A DNA stretch of 64,000 bases, from NCBI GenBank assembly GCA_025201805.1, contig MU619247.1, positions 157,885-221,884 of the forward strand, given 5' to 3'. Origin of the DNA: Parasitella parasitica NRRL 2501. Lineage: Eukaryota; Fungi; Mucoromycota. Positions 1 through 12,331 of the stretch are shown here, one piece after another. The notes under the pieces were generated by a model, which saw nothing but the letters and a program-made list of their open reading frames with translations, did not search any database and was not told the DNA's origin. A program made the position numbers and the translations under genes. Each line of letters begins with the position of its first letter. Position 1 is the stretch's first letter.

Positions 1-306
1 GGTGGTATTCCTAGTCCCTGTATATACCATCCTTTTGAAAACTTTACTCGTAAGCATGCTATCGAATGTCTTCATATGCACAGTCGACTACAAATGCCTC
101 TATCAGTTGATGATCCGCTATCATATTTATTGAATCATCTACCTTCAAAAAAACCACGAAATCCCCAGCAAGCCTTCCCTTAGCCGGTTCGTTGGCCTGA
201 AATCTGCAGAATCATGCATGAAATGGATCATTTATTTCATGGACAAGTCCCTCCTTCTACCCCACAAGATCCTGGTGCCTCTATGGTGAATTGGTTGCTC
301 GTGTAA
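1..306 (+). mobile_element. 3' end of a degenerate non-LTR (LINE-like) retrotransposon ORF2
   Basis: Frame 1 reads GGIPSPCIYHPFENFTRKHAIECLHMHSRLQMPLSVDDPLSYLLNHLP..*PVRWPEICRIMHEMDHLFH..DPGASMVNWLLV*. This resembles the Cys/His C-terminus of Mucorales LINE RT proteins. Premature TAG at 181-183; a T/CT-rich tail follows. Confidence 0.7.
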
Positions 307-627
307 AAGTGTTGATGTCTCTTTGCTCTGTTCCTAAATCTCTTTTTTTTTTCTAAATACTCTTATACTTTTTTCTTTTTCCTTCTTGTCTTTTGGGAAG
401 GTTTTTCTTTCATATAAACTACGCGATCTGACTAGGGCAATGCACCAGATGAGAAATGCTATGTGCCCACAGTCATTTAATTATTTTTATGTAATAAAAT
501 TCTTCTTTAATCATATTCTGTTGTGCTGGATATTGATTGCCCGCTTGATCTGCAAATGTAATTGAAGCAAGCCATCCCTGTCAAGTCCATTGCATTTTCT
601 TTTCTTCAAAGTTTCATTTATATCAAA

Positions 628-1583
628 ATGGCCTCCCAATTGTTCCGTTCTTCTATTCGCGCTATAGCTCGTCCATCTCTCGTAAAGAATACTATTAACC
701 CTATTACTGCTTCTCGCATGCCTACTGTTGCTTTCAATGTAACCCGTTCCTTCTCTGCAGCTATTCCTCGCTGGGGCAATGGTGCTGGTAAGTAGAAAAG
801 TTGTGTTGAATTATAGCTACTGATGCCCCAGAGTAGTAGATGCTGATCTTGCCCATAAGTTGGATGAGGAGCTTCAGTACGAAAAATCTACTGAAGAGGC
901 TGGACAACCCGAGTTCGTCAAGGAGTTTTTGGAAGCCAACTCTTTCGAGGTAGGTCAAGTTAAATGTGGAAATGTTTGTCTGCTAGAGAAACTTAATTTT
1001 TTTTCTTTGAAAAAGATTGAGGATAAGGCTGGTGTGGATGAAGTTACTCTTTCTCGCACTTTTGGCAACGAAAAGTAAGCATAGACTTTGTTGCATGGAA
1101 CTAGTGACTGATAGATTTTATTCGAACAGGATCCGTGTCTTATTCTCTATTTCTGATATTAACAACGCAACTCCAGATGAATTTCTTCCTGAAGATGATA
1201 TGGTAGATACTGAAAACGAGGAGGAGGATGTTTCATTCCCTGTTCGTGCCTCTGTTACCATTGAGAAGGACGGCCAAGGTGCTGTCACCATTGATACAGT
1301 TGCTCAAGATGGTGAGATTGCTATTGAGAGCGTCATGTACTACAAGGATGGCAAGTTGGCTGATGAGCAATCTGCTGAAGCTGACTGGCAACGTCGTGGT
1401 CTTTACATCGGTCCTCAATTCGCTGAATTGGATGAGGGTCTCCAAAACCTCTTTGAGCGTTATCTGGAGGAACGTGGTATTAACACTACTTTGGCCAACT
1501 TTTTGCCAGACTATGTTGAATTCAAGGAACAAAAAGAGTACACTCAATGGCTGCAAAACATGAAGAACTTTGTTTCTGTCTGA
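628..1583 (+). CDS. MAM33: Mitochondrial acidic matrix glycoprotein (MAM33/C1QBP family), 4 exons
   Basis: Exons ~628-787, 840-949, 1016-1074, 1130-1583 with GT-AG introns. Arg/Ser-rich mitochondrial presequence; C-terminal YIGPQFAELDEGLQNLFERYLEERGIN..LANFLPDYVEFKEQKEYTQWL signature. Confidence 0.95.
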
Positions 1584-2831
1584 ATTATCTAAAAAAGAGC
1601 ATAATGGCCGATATTAAATTCAACTTTTTGTAATATACTAATAAAAATAAAAAGCATTTTACACATGACAAATGCCCAAGAGCATTATTCAATGAATCGC
1701 ATTTTTGCCAGTGATAAATACATTTTAACCACTGAGTTGCTTGTGTACGATACTCATCCGAACTGACACATCGTATAATGGTATGACGAAGCTGTGATGT
1801 GAAACGTAGGACCCCTTTCAGAGAACATTAGCCAAACAACTTTCAAAGAAAGCAATATTAAAAGTAATTAGCTTTTTGGAATTTTTCACTGACGATTTAG
1901 TGCCAATAAAACATTGCTTCCCTGAACGATACCAGGTAGAAGAAAAATATGCAGTGCAAAGAGTCAATTTATTTGGAATTTGATAAATCCCACATCAAAA
2001 GTAGTAATCAATGCATGAGATGTAGAAGTAACTCACAAAATATGGTACCATATAACGTGTGATGATACGCTTTTTTATGGAAGGTTGAATAACACCTCCA
2101 TGAATGAATACATATAAACGCCAATAGGGCTAAAAACTATCTTTACATTCAAAGAACATTAAAAAGACATTGAGAGCAAATTTCACAAATGGGAAGTAGA
2201 GTCTCTGTGACACTTGGTATTTTTGAGAAGTACCATTTGGACAGAATAATCGCTTAGTAAAGCCTCTAAGAAATTAGCAGTATATGTTTTAAAAGAGCAT
2301 TGCCTCTAGGAATACAAGAATAGCATTGCTGTGTTGTCAAAAGAGGTAGAGAGGTTAGCTTGAAGACATTAAAAGACCAGCACTTTGACAAATTTTGATG
2401 GACTAGTCTCTTGGCTATGGTTCGAGTAGAATGTCGGGCGACATTTAACCTTAAACCCGATCAGGAACGGTTGTTGCTATGAAGACTATAGTAATGATCA
2501 TAATATTCTCTGGATACAATAAATCTATCTCCAAGAGTGTGGCAACATTAGTGAACATAATGCATTATTACTCCTTTTATACGTTGATTTTAAAGAGTGC
2601 ATTTTATTCTGTGCAAACTATATTATAGAGGGTCTTTATTGAAGCAGGCTTTAATCCTCTCAAGTCGCTAAAGAGAACACTATGATCAAGACAAGGTCTC
2701 TACCGTACTCATCTAAGTGTTGCCATATTCATCTTTTTGGTAAAACTGGAAGTTAATTCAATTAATGTCTTTTCAAAAACTGCGCAAAATTAAATTAAGG
2801 TGTGCAAAAAAAAAATATTTTATTGCTGTTA

Positions 2832-3324
2832 GTGTCTTTTTATTGGAAACATGATGGTAACTTGCAGTTTGTAAGCAATTAATTTGTAATCGAAGCCTGC
2901 AAACTTCACCCTGAAGATTTCATGGGCAAGAGCAATCCTTCTGTGTAAGTATCAATGATATGATTGTAATATAGCAGTACTTGAGAAAAGTTAATATTTA
3001 ATATCATAGTACTGTAAATTGTGGATTGATGATGATCGCAAGCCAAAAACTACTGTTACTGAAAACAATAATAACCCCGTATGGGATCAAGCTTTTATTT
3101 TCGACTTGAATGAAATCTTGTAAGCACGAGTTTTATATCAAGGTCTTGGATAAGGATAAGATTGGTATTGACAAGATTGGTTTTGAAAAAAGTGGAGATG
3201 TTAAATTTGATTTAAAGACGCTTTCAATGGGTTTCCTATTGATACTTAGGTCAAGTCGCCCGCCAAAATGGGCTTAAGCAGCCACGGTGAAGTCTACATC
3301 TTCGTTAAAGTTGACCTGTTTTAA
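2832..3324 (+). pseudogene. Single C2-domain protein pseudogene
   Basis: Pieces read VIEACKLHPEDFMGKSNP / YCKLWIDDDRKPKTTVTENNNNPVWDQAFIFDL / KHEFYIKVLDKDKIG..KIG / IDT*VKSPAKMGLSSHGEVYIFVKV. Frameshifts near 3120 and 3215; in-frame TAG at 3247-3249. Confidence 0.75.
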
Positions 3325-3881
3325 ATAACTCAGTAAAATAGCCTATCATCCTGACTTTTTATTTATTAGGTTGATTTAAGTGCTGAACATGTTCACTCAT
3401 TTTCTAGATAACTTTTAATCAGTTTTATTTTCAACAGATCATTGAAGTTATACTTGAGAATATGGTTAACTTCACGTCATTCCACAAGAGAATAGAAGTG
3501 ACCTTAGGCGATCATTCGATTTGAGGCTTACCTAAGACTACATAAACGTGATTCCCGAGTGAGTCAAGTAACAGGAATTCTCTTTCACACATATGCTGTA
3601 CGAATAAGTCGAGCTCTTCTATTGCAAGTCCAACCAAACAGAAACATTTTCGATCAACAATAAAAGCTGAGATTTATTTTTTTATATGATGAATTTACTT
3701 GTATTAAAAGAATACAAGCTTAATGGTTTTTATCTATAAGAGGTATACATAGTGTTTTTGGATTTCTACATACGAAAGCAATTGATGCATATTGGATTGG
3801 CTTGAATAAGATGCGGCCCAGCCGAAAGATAAGTTACCATTATAAGCAGTTAAATTTGTAAAGGGAGAAAAATGGTGCCAG

Positions 3882-4070
3882 TTAGATACCTCCACCAGAT
3901 CTAGAGACATCGACACCCAACCCTTGATTGTATTTTTTCCATTCAGCACTAGTTTTGCCTATGTGAGCTTGACCAGGTTTAGCATTAGAGCGAATATAAG
4001 TAGCATAACCAGCAAAGGAGGTAACAGGGACGAGGACAATAGAAGCGGCACGGGAAGAAACAGTAAGCAT
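3882..4070 (-). CDS. 62-aa microprotein with an N-terminal hydrophobic segment and C-terminal DVSRSGGGI
   Basis: Intact ORF with AAAATG start context and a TATAAAA box ~50 nt upstream on the minus strand. Confidence 0.7.
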   Translation of the reverse strand: MLTVSSRAASIVLVPVTSFAGYATYIRSNAKPGQAHIGKTSAEWKKYNQGLGVDVSRSGGGI

Positions 4071-4523
4071 TTTGAGAAACTTGATTTGATTGATTTGATT
4101 GCGAAGAAAAGCAAGCCTTTTTATACACTTGACAAAAAAATGTCAAAGGCGTGCCCTGGCATATTGTAACAACTAATTTGTTCCTATGACGTTTTGATGG
4201 CCACCGATATAGCTCGGAGCACTAATAAAAGTTGACACTAAGCTTATCTGTAACTAATATAGTTAACATCATACACTTGCAATTTATTACCTGGTGCACA
4301 CTAAAACAAGGGGCACAGAAACCTTGTCAAGAATTGAAAACATATACCGGTATCTATTTTATTATCTTTGTAATCTCTTGTTTTTTTCATTTTTATTTTT
4401 TTAACATGCATTATAACATTGCAATTTTAACATCCTGATCGCTTATCATCTAAAGGCCAAGTTTATAAGACATAAATTATTTTAGTATTCCAATTTGATG
4501 TCTTTGATTATACAGCTAATATA

Positions 4524-5457
4524 TTAAACTTGGCCGTCTGCAGAGAAATCGCCCTCCAATCCCGGTTCAAGGATAGCGGCGTGCCCCAAAATAATCATAG
4601 CAGCAGCTCCTACATTTTGCTCTCAAATATTAATGCCGTGCACCCTCGAAAAGGTTAAAATGACTCACCTATAATCCAGAAAATGGCACCTGTTGCTCCC
4701 GAGAAAAGCAATAAAATTAGTGAAACGCAAACGTATGTAGCGTACAGTGAAGAAGGCGATATTGCGGCTCCTCCAATAATGAGAGGTCCATCCAAACGAG
4801 AAATCAAAAAAAAGCCGCCAAATACAAAAGCAATAGTAAATACTAGCCACCAACTTGTGATACTAAAACATTCCATCTGCATGAGCCTTCTCTCTCTCTC
4901 GTTCCAGTCTCTTTCCCTGTTTTAACACTTACACAGCATAGATGCCAAGAAGCAAGATGATTACCAAATAATTTGCAGAGAAATGTTGCAGATTGTAGCT
5001 GTGAAATACGAATAAATACGACATCTTTTGCCACCCTCAGTAAACTTACTTCCAACGCTGACTGATGGTATGAAAATTGGATGTAAAGCTGATTCTATTT
5101 CTGTCGAAGAAATCACCAAGAGGTCGAAGATTGGCTAAACGTTGTTCGCGAAACTTTTGAAGGAATGAGAAACGCGCTTCACTAGCTATGTTGGATGCAG
5201 CAGCACCGAGGGTCTGTGCAGTATTACTTGAAAGAAGTGGCGTGGACATAAAGGGGTTCCTAGAAAGAGCAAAAGAAATGGGTGTATACATTCCTTGGCT
5301 TGCTTGGCTCGTTTTCTGTCGTCTGCTCACAAATAGCTCCGCTAGATGTAGTCAAATGATGTGTCATTGATTTAATACTTGACCTGAAGAACAAATCTGT
5401 AGATATAGAACCAGATTTTCTTGTAATAGATGGCTGAGCATACTGAAACAAAGACAT
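4524..5457 (-). CDS. YIP3: PRA1/Yip3 (prenylated Rab acceptor) family membrane protein, multi-exon; 5' end uncertain
   Basis: LRPLGDFFDRNRIS, YNLQHFSANY, four hydrophobic segments, C-terminal HAAILEPGLEGDFSADGQV*. The start could be 5457, 5291 or 5249. Confidence 0.85.
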
Positions 5458-5829
5458 GTATTCACTAGAATCACTGTAATCAGGTAGCCTTTCACACGTA
5501 ATTCGGCCATCTTATATATCAGAGATGCAAATATGTAATTAATCTCTTTGATCACTAATATCAAAGCCCTAAGCAGATGCACTGGTACGGTACATTAGCT
5601 CTTCCATAAGAGTTTTTATATCAGCTAATACCAGATGCTAGTCTCTGTTTATTCAAACAAGGTAACAACATTCAACATACTGGTCCATTGCATCGCAAAT
5701 ATTCAGACTCTACCAAAAAGAACCTAATTTTTTTTACAAATTACTTGTATGTCAAGTTTTTTTTATTCTACATAAATAATAGATTGAATGTATAAAAAGT
5801 GAGGGATGTATGTACTGACTGAAAAAATT

Positions 5830-7668
5830 TTAAGGTTCCAAACGCTTGGGATCACGGGGGAACAAGCTTGAGCGACGAATGTTGCCAAGACCAAGGAAGA
5901 GCATGACGACACGTTCCAGACCAATACCACCACCAGCATGAGGGGGAGCACCAATCTTAAAAGCGTCGATATAAGGTTGAATAGTAGAAGGATCAATTTC
6001 ATGTTCCTTGGCACGTTCAGTCAAGTAATCAGCGTCATGAATACGTTGAGCACCAGACAAGATTTCCTCACCACGCAAGAAGAAATCATAAGAGTTGGAG
6101 TATCCAGGGTTCTCGGGATCAGGCATAGTATAGAAAGGACGAATAGCCAAGGGGAACTTGTCAAGAACATAGAAATCAGTGTGGTACTTCTCCTTGACAA
6201 GTTTACCCAAGAACTTTTCGTTGGCAGTGCTCAAATCCTCAAACTCACCCACTTCAACGCCGGCCTCCCTCAACATATGAATACCTTCCTTGAAAGAAAG
6301 ACGAAGAGTCTTGGGCAAGAATTCGAAATCTTCAAATTCATATTGCTTCTTGATGATTTCAATCTCCTTGGCAAAACGTTTCTTGAGGTTGCCGAGCATA
6401 TATACAAAGAGTTCTTCCAAAACCTCTAAAACTTCGTGGTAATGTTCATTGAAAGCCATTTCCATATCAAGACCCATGAATTCAGTCATATGGCGGTGAG
6501 TGTTGGAATCTTCAGCACGGAAAACGGGAGCAATCTCAAAGACCTTGCCAAAATCAGCGGCTATACACATCTGCTTGTAAAGTTGAGGAGACTGAGCCAA
6601 GAAGGCACTGGTTTTGAAATAGTTGACCTTGAAGACGTTGGAACCACCTTCAGAGGCAGCACCGATCAACTTGGGTGTGTGGATTTCCATAAAACCACGC
6701 TCAATCAAGAATTCTCTAAAGAGCAGGCAGACAGCAGATTGCAGACGGAAGATGGCGTGGTTGGTGGTGGTACGAAGATCAAGGACACGGTTGTTGAGGC
6801 GGGTGTCGAGGTTGACTCTGGGAAGTTCAGGATCTTCTTCAAATGCACTCTCAGGGCGAGTGGCATCATCCAAAGAGAAAGCGAGACGAACATTAACATC
6901 AGAAACAACATGAATTTTTTCGATGGCGAGCTCAGCGCAGGAAATGGTACAGCTCTTGACTTCATCTTCAGGCTTGACAATCTTACCTTCAACTAAAACA
7001 ATCGATTCAGGAGAAATGCCGACGCAGAACTTGACCATTTGCTTGGAAATGGTCTTTTCGTCAGCAGCGATGATGCCTTGGATGGTAGAAACACCTTGAC
7101 GGAAGACAAAGAAACACATTTTACCGCCGGTGGCACGAGATGTTTGGACACGGACACGAACGGTGACCGATTCACCTGCACGAGAGGCATCGATGGTAGT
7201 GATATTCTCAAACTTGGTGTCTAGTAGCATCCTTCTTTCAATTTTCAATCCATAAATACAAAAGTAAACGCTTACCGGTACGAGATTGAGATTGATTCAT
7301 AGGGAGTTTACCATAACGGCCCTGGTCCTTGGAACAATCCTAGAGGGGGGGAAGCTGTCAATGCTAATTTTTTTTTCTTTCCCATCGTCCTGAATCCTTC
7401 CAGCATGATAAACTACTTACAACTTGATTGGCCTCTTTTTCTGCCTTTTCGGCTGCAATCTTGGCAGCAACGGCAGCCTTTCTGGCAGCCTTCTCCTTGT
7501 CTTTTTGAAGCTTCTTGAAAGCATTCTTGGTGATTGGCTTACCCTCGTCACTATCTAATCGTTAGCAACACAATTATCTGCTAGTTCCTCTTTCACATAC
7601 TCCAAGTAAACTTCTTCGGTCTTTTTAGTGATGTCTTCAACAGCAGGATCCTGCACAGGTTCTGACAT
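5830..7668 (-). CDS. DPS1: Cytosolic aspartyl-tRNA synthetase, multi-exon
   Basis: OB fold; [14 protein letters not shown]; [11 protein letters not shown]; motif 2 [15 protein letters not shown]; motif 3 [13 protein letters not shown]; ends [13 protein letters not shown] at 7668 ([11 protein letters not shown]), then small 5' exons with the SKNAFKK-like helix. Confidence 0.97.
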
Positions 7669-8274
7669 AATGGTGGTTTGTTTTTTCTTGTATTTTTAGA
7701 GAAAAGAAATAGAAAGAAGAGACGCGAAACAGGACTAGGATTTTTGTATCCTGTTGACTCATGGCCAGTCACCCAAATTAAGGCAAATGTTTGGTTGCAC
7801 CGTTTGCATTTGCATGGTATGGATTGAATTGTGTCCGAGTATTTATATGCCTTCAAGAGCAATTCTGTGATGACAAGAAAAATAATGATGCGTTTTAATG
7901 GTATGCTAAGATATAATCTAATGATCAAGTTACTATGTCAAATAAAATCTTAGCTTGGAAATCAGACCAAGCATCGTAATAATGAATGTGGCTTGAGGAT
8001 CCCAAGCTGCAGCACTGGATTTTTTAAGAAGTTCTTACAATAAAAAGTATATGGATATTTTATTACATTTTTGTAATGTTAAGTGTTACATAAAACATTG
8101 TCAGTTTGACCAGATTTGAGCTTTCGAAAACGTTTTCTTAGCGAGGCTCAAGGTAAATCGGAGCTTTGCTGTTCAGCGGCACATTTTGCACTGGTAGTTT
8201 CAGAGCTATTGAAAAGTTGGTGTATTAAAAGGTTCAGAGACAAAACTTAATGACGAAGTTAGCCCAATTGGTAA

Positions 8275-9354
8275 CCATTCTAGGGACTTCGCTGCCAACT
8301 GCCAATAGTCAGCAACTACTAGCTTCGTATCAAGTGNNNNNNNNNNNNNNNNNNNNNNNNNNNNNNNNNNNNNNNNNNNNNNNNNNNNNNNNNNNNNNNN
8401 NNNNNNNNNNNNNNNNNNNNNNNNNNNNNNNNNNNNNNNNNNNNNNNNNNNNNNNNNNNNNNNNNNNNNNNNNNNNNNNNNNNNNNNNNNNNNNNNNNNN
8501 NNNNNNNNNNNNNNNNNNNNNNNNNNNNNNNNNNNNNNNNNNNNNNNNNNNNNNNNNNNNNNNNNNNNNNNNNNNNNNNNNNNNNNNNNNNNNNNNNNNN
8601 NNNNNNNNNNNNNNNNNNNNNNNNNNNNNNNNNNNNNNNNNNNNNNNNNNNNNNNNNNNNNNNNNNNNNNNNNNNNNNNNNNNNNNNNNNNNNNNNNNNN
8701 NNNNNNNNNNNNNNNNNNNNNNNNNNNNNNNNNNNNNNNNNNNNNNNNNNNNNNNNNNNNNNNNNNNNNNNNNNNNNNNNNNNNNNNNNNNNNNNNNNNN
8801 NNNNNNNNNNNNNNNNNNNNNNNNNNNNNNNNNNNNNNNNNNNNNNNNNNNNNNNNNNNNNNNNNNNNNNNNNNNNNNNNNNNNNNNNNNNNNNNNNNNN
8901 NNNNNNNNNNNNNNNNNNNNNNNNNNNNNNNNNNNNNNNNNNNNNNNNNNNNNNNNNNNNNNNNNNNNNNNNNNNNNNNNNNNNNNNNNNNNNNNNNNNN
9001 NNNNNNNNNNNNNNNNNNNNNNNNNNNNNNNNNNNNNNNNNNNNNNNNNNNNNNNNNNNNNNNNNNNNNNNNNNNNNNNNNNNNNNNNNNNNNNNNNNNN
9101 NNNNNNNNNNNNNNNNNNNNNNNNNNNNNNNNNNNNNNNNNNNNNNNNNNNNNNNNNNNNNNNNNNNNNNNNNNNNNNNNNNNNNNNNNNNNNNNNNNNN
9201 NNNNNNNNNNNNNNNNNNNNNNNNNNNNNNNNNNNNNNNNNNNNNNNNNNNNNNNNNNNNNNNNNNNNNNNNNNNNNNNNNNNNNNNNNNNNCCATTCTA
9301 GGGACTTCGCTGCCAACTGCCAATAGTCAGCAACTACTAGCTTCGTATCAAGTG
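8275..9354. repeat. 62-bp identical sequence on both sides of an assembly gap
   Basis: ccattctagggacttcgctgcc...cttcgtatcaagtg occurs at 8275-8336 and 9293-9354. Confidence 0.9.
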
Positions 9355-10762
9355 AAAAATAAAACAACAATCGTATACTAGATGCCAGTGCAATCAATAC
9401 TCAAGCAAAGCTTCCAGCAGCTAGAATCTCTGGTCAGAGTAGGTTCTGCAATATTTGGCTTGCCTACTGAACCCCGAAAGTAGTACACACCATGACATCT
9501 CCAACCTGAGACGCGCTAGTGGTCGTAATCCTGCGAGTAGATCCGATCGAATACGAATGCTTTATAGTAAACTCTAAATTGAGCAATAAAAGAGAGGATT
9601 TTCAAAGCAAAGCAAATTCAGTTTATGATACAGTGATTGAGCAATTGTCAATAAACAGATTAATGTAATTTTTGTAGCCTACCAGTGTTAAGCATTTCCT
9701 CCGTTGACTACGAATTATTGAGAAAGCCTATGCTTTTTCACAAAATAGTTTTTGAGTTAAAATAAGGTGGTATATAACTGAAAAGCGAGACATAAGATCA
9801 ATAAACTATTTATTGAAAGGCTGTAAGTGGATTTCGTGTGATTTAGAGTAAAAAAAGCTTGTGTGAAAAACAAAAGGAACACGCAATAGGTACTATAATA
9901 ATCATTGAGTTTAAAGTTACGATTACGTCAAAATCCCGTAGAATCACTGATAAAGCAAGAGATACGGCTTTTACCTTTTGTTTCTACTTGAAACTTGAAT
10001 GTCTTTTAGTTCTCCATCTAATGGTGCTAATCACCAAAGGTTTTGCGTCAAAATGAAGCCATAAAGTGCAAACGTTGGAAATTTGGTTTTTGCAACAAAA
10101 CTCAAAATTTCTAATAAAGAACATAAAAACAAACACTTGTATATGAAAAACAAATTGATTTCGCGTGTCTTTGACTTAGAGATCGCATAATGAAAATTGC
10201 ATTTTGGGGATCAAAAACCAAAAAAGGTAATTTCAATGGAAAATGCCTTATCCTTATAGGCAAAATTTGAGGTATTTTTCATGATTCTAAAAATGTGAGA
10301 ATAAAATGCAGTGGGCTAGTTCATAGTGTGAAAAATAGGTTTGGCTAGATTTGCGGTTTTGTAGCTAGCTCTAATTACTATAGAAAAGTCTTTAAAGATG
10401 TAATTTTACCAAAACTGAGCGATTTTGAGCGATTGGATGCATATATCTAAGTCATAATTTAGACAGTAAACATCTTTTAAATGTTTCATTGCAGTTACTT
10501 GCTACTAACGCTTAGATCTTAGATAAGTAGGCAAAGACAGATGATAATAAATGTGAGAAATTAAAGCTAAAATGATATGAAGGCTGTTGAAAAAAACGAT
10601 AATCTTATCTGCGTCAAGTGCGTTTCTGCATGAATATGTCTAATACGGAACCAAACGTGCGTTGTACTGCTATTAAACAACATCGTCAAAATCCGTCAAT
10701 TTAAGCAGACGTTGCAAGGTTTATTGGTATATAAAATAGCACTTGCACAAATACGGTTGTTT

Positions 10763-12331
10763 TTATTCAAAAATGTCGTCATATTTTGTAATCAAAAGTT
10801 GAACCAACACCATGCCTTGGTTCATTTGCTTCAAATAGATAGCTGCGTCTGCCAATGCAGATTGTTGTGTATCAGGCACATTCATGTAGGTGCCAGATAA
10901 AGAGTTGGCCGCAGGTGCCTCCTCAGCTCGAATCATGTTTGGTGTAAATACCACTGACAAGTTGTGAGTATTCATTCTGTTTTTGCTCGAGTGCTCGGAG
11001 ACTTGTTTTAAAAAGTTGCAAATGTACTTGAGCAGCGAAAGATAGTTGGGCGATTTTTTATAGTATTCGTGCAGTTTGGCTTTGACTTTTATAATGGTGT
11101 CGTTGGTGCAAATACTAGCATCTGCGTTATTGATCAAATTCAGTTTCTAGGGCTCTGCAGTACACTCTCATTTTTTACCTGGCAATGCACCCATACTCTC
11201 ACTGAATTTCAGGCTAATAAGTGGAACAGGAAGTTCCCGGATAAAGACCTTCAATAAAGCTGCGGATACATCAATGTCATGTTGCTTCAAGTCAACGACG
11301 GAGCCTTATACATATGTATATTAGTTCCCGGGTCACGTATAGATACTGCACATGACAGCTCCTTACCATTGTTAAATGCAGATTTGACAGATTGCAATTC
11401 ATCGCTGGATGGAGACTTTCTGAAAATACCTTCCTTTTCTAAGCCGTGCTCTTTCAAATGGTCCACAATTTGAATAACGAAATTTGGAACATATTCGATT
11501 GATTCGACGCCTTGAAGAGATGCCAAATCTTCCAATCTTCTACCAAAAGCCAACGATGGTACCGGTCTCTTTTGACGTTGTAGAGCAGGTGGTGGAGGAG
11601 CTGGATTACTTGCTAGTAACGGAAGCTGGCTGTCGTAACTGACGACTCTTTGAGGGGTGAATTGAGGCGCTAAAGTGATGTGTCCCTTTAAAGACTCCAA
11701 ATTTGGAATGTAGCGTAATTTGCGAGCAAACTTGGGGCTGATGATTTTGTTTGCAAGATCAAAGACAATGCGATATGTCCTGGTCAGATGAACAACATAC
11801 AGAGCCTTCAAGTTCTTTTTGTATCTATTGCCACAGTAAACACAATGCTGACTTGTAAAGCGTTAAAGTCAACTTACTTGCGATCAAGAGAGCGGTATGC
11901 TTTCAACAGCCACATCCAGCCCGGTCTGTATCTGGCTGGTGAAGAAAAGAACACTAACACATAGTCATTCTCGACAAACTCATCTCTACAAGAAATTTTA
12001 GTTTTCTATCTTTATGTTGTCATGGAGAGTTCATTACAGTCGCGCAAGGATAAAACTGTGGAAATTTTAGTAGCAAGCCAATCACGCAGCACAGAAACTT
12101 ACGACAAGATCAAATCATAATCATAGACATCAGGGTTTGGCAAATTATCCGCACATAAAATCAAAATAGGTCGGCTTTCGCTATCGAGGCCTAGTTTTTC
12201 ATGTTGAATTAAAGACTATGTTCATGTTGAATTAGTTGCGCTGTTCTTTTACCAGCCTCATAAATGATATTCAAAGCTGAAATCCCTTTAAATTCGGGGC
12301 TATGACAAGGTAATGGAAGAGCTTTATTCAT
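10763..12331 (-). CDS. CRAL-TRIO/BCH plus RhoGAP domain protein (ARHGAP1/Ecm25-like), multi-exon
   Basis: N-terminal NIIYEAG.DSESRPILILCADNLP, ENDYVLVFFSS, YKKNLKALYVVH, ISPKFARKL (BCH). RhoGAP GLEKEGIFRKS (Arg finger) and NRMNTHNLSVVFTPN. Confidence 0.9.

Noticed and set aside
1708-1770. Possible box C/D snoRNA (gtgataa...ctga...ctga)
   Set aside because: Imperfect C box, and I could not match an rRNA guide sequence; needs snoscan or Infernal.
5938-6996. Antisense ORFs over DPS1 (and similar ones over the siderophore transporter and SDA1)
   Set aside because: Shadow ORFs of biased coding sequence.
8250-9397. Long ORFs spanning N runs (also 26068-26823 and 32363-32805)
   Set aside because: Artefacts of translating assembly gaps.
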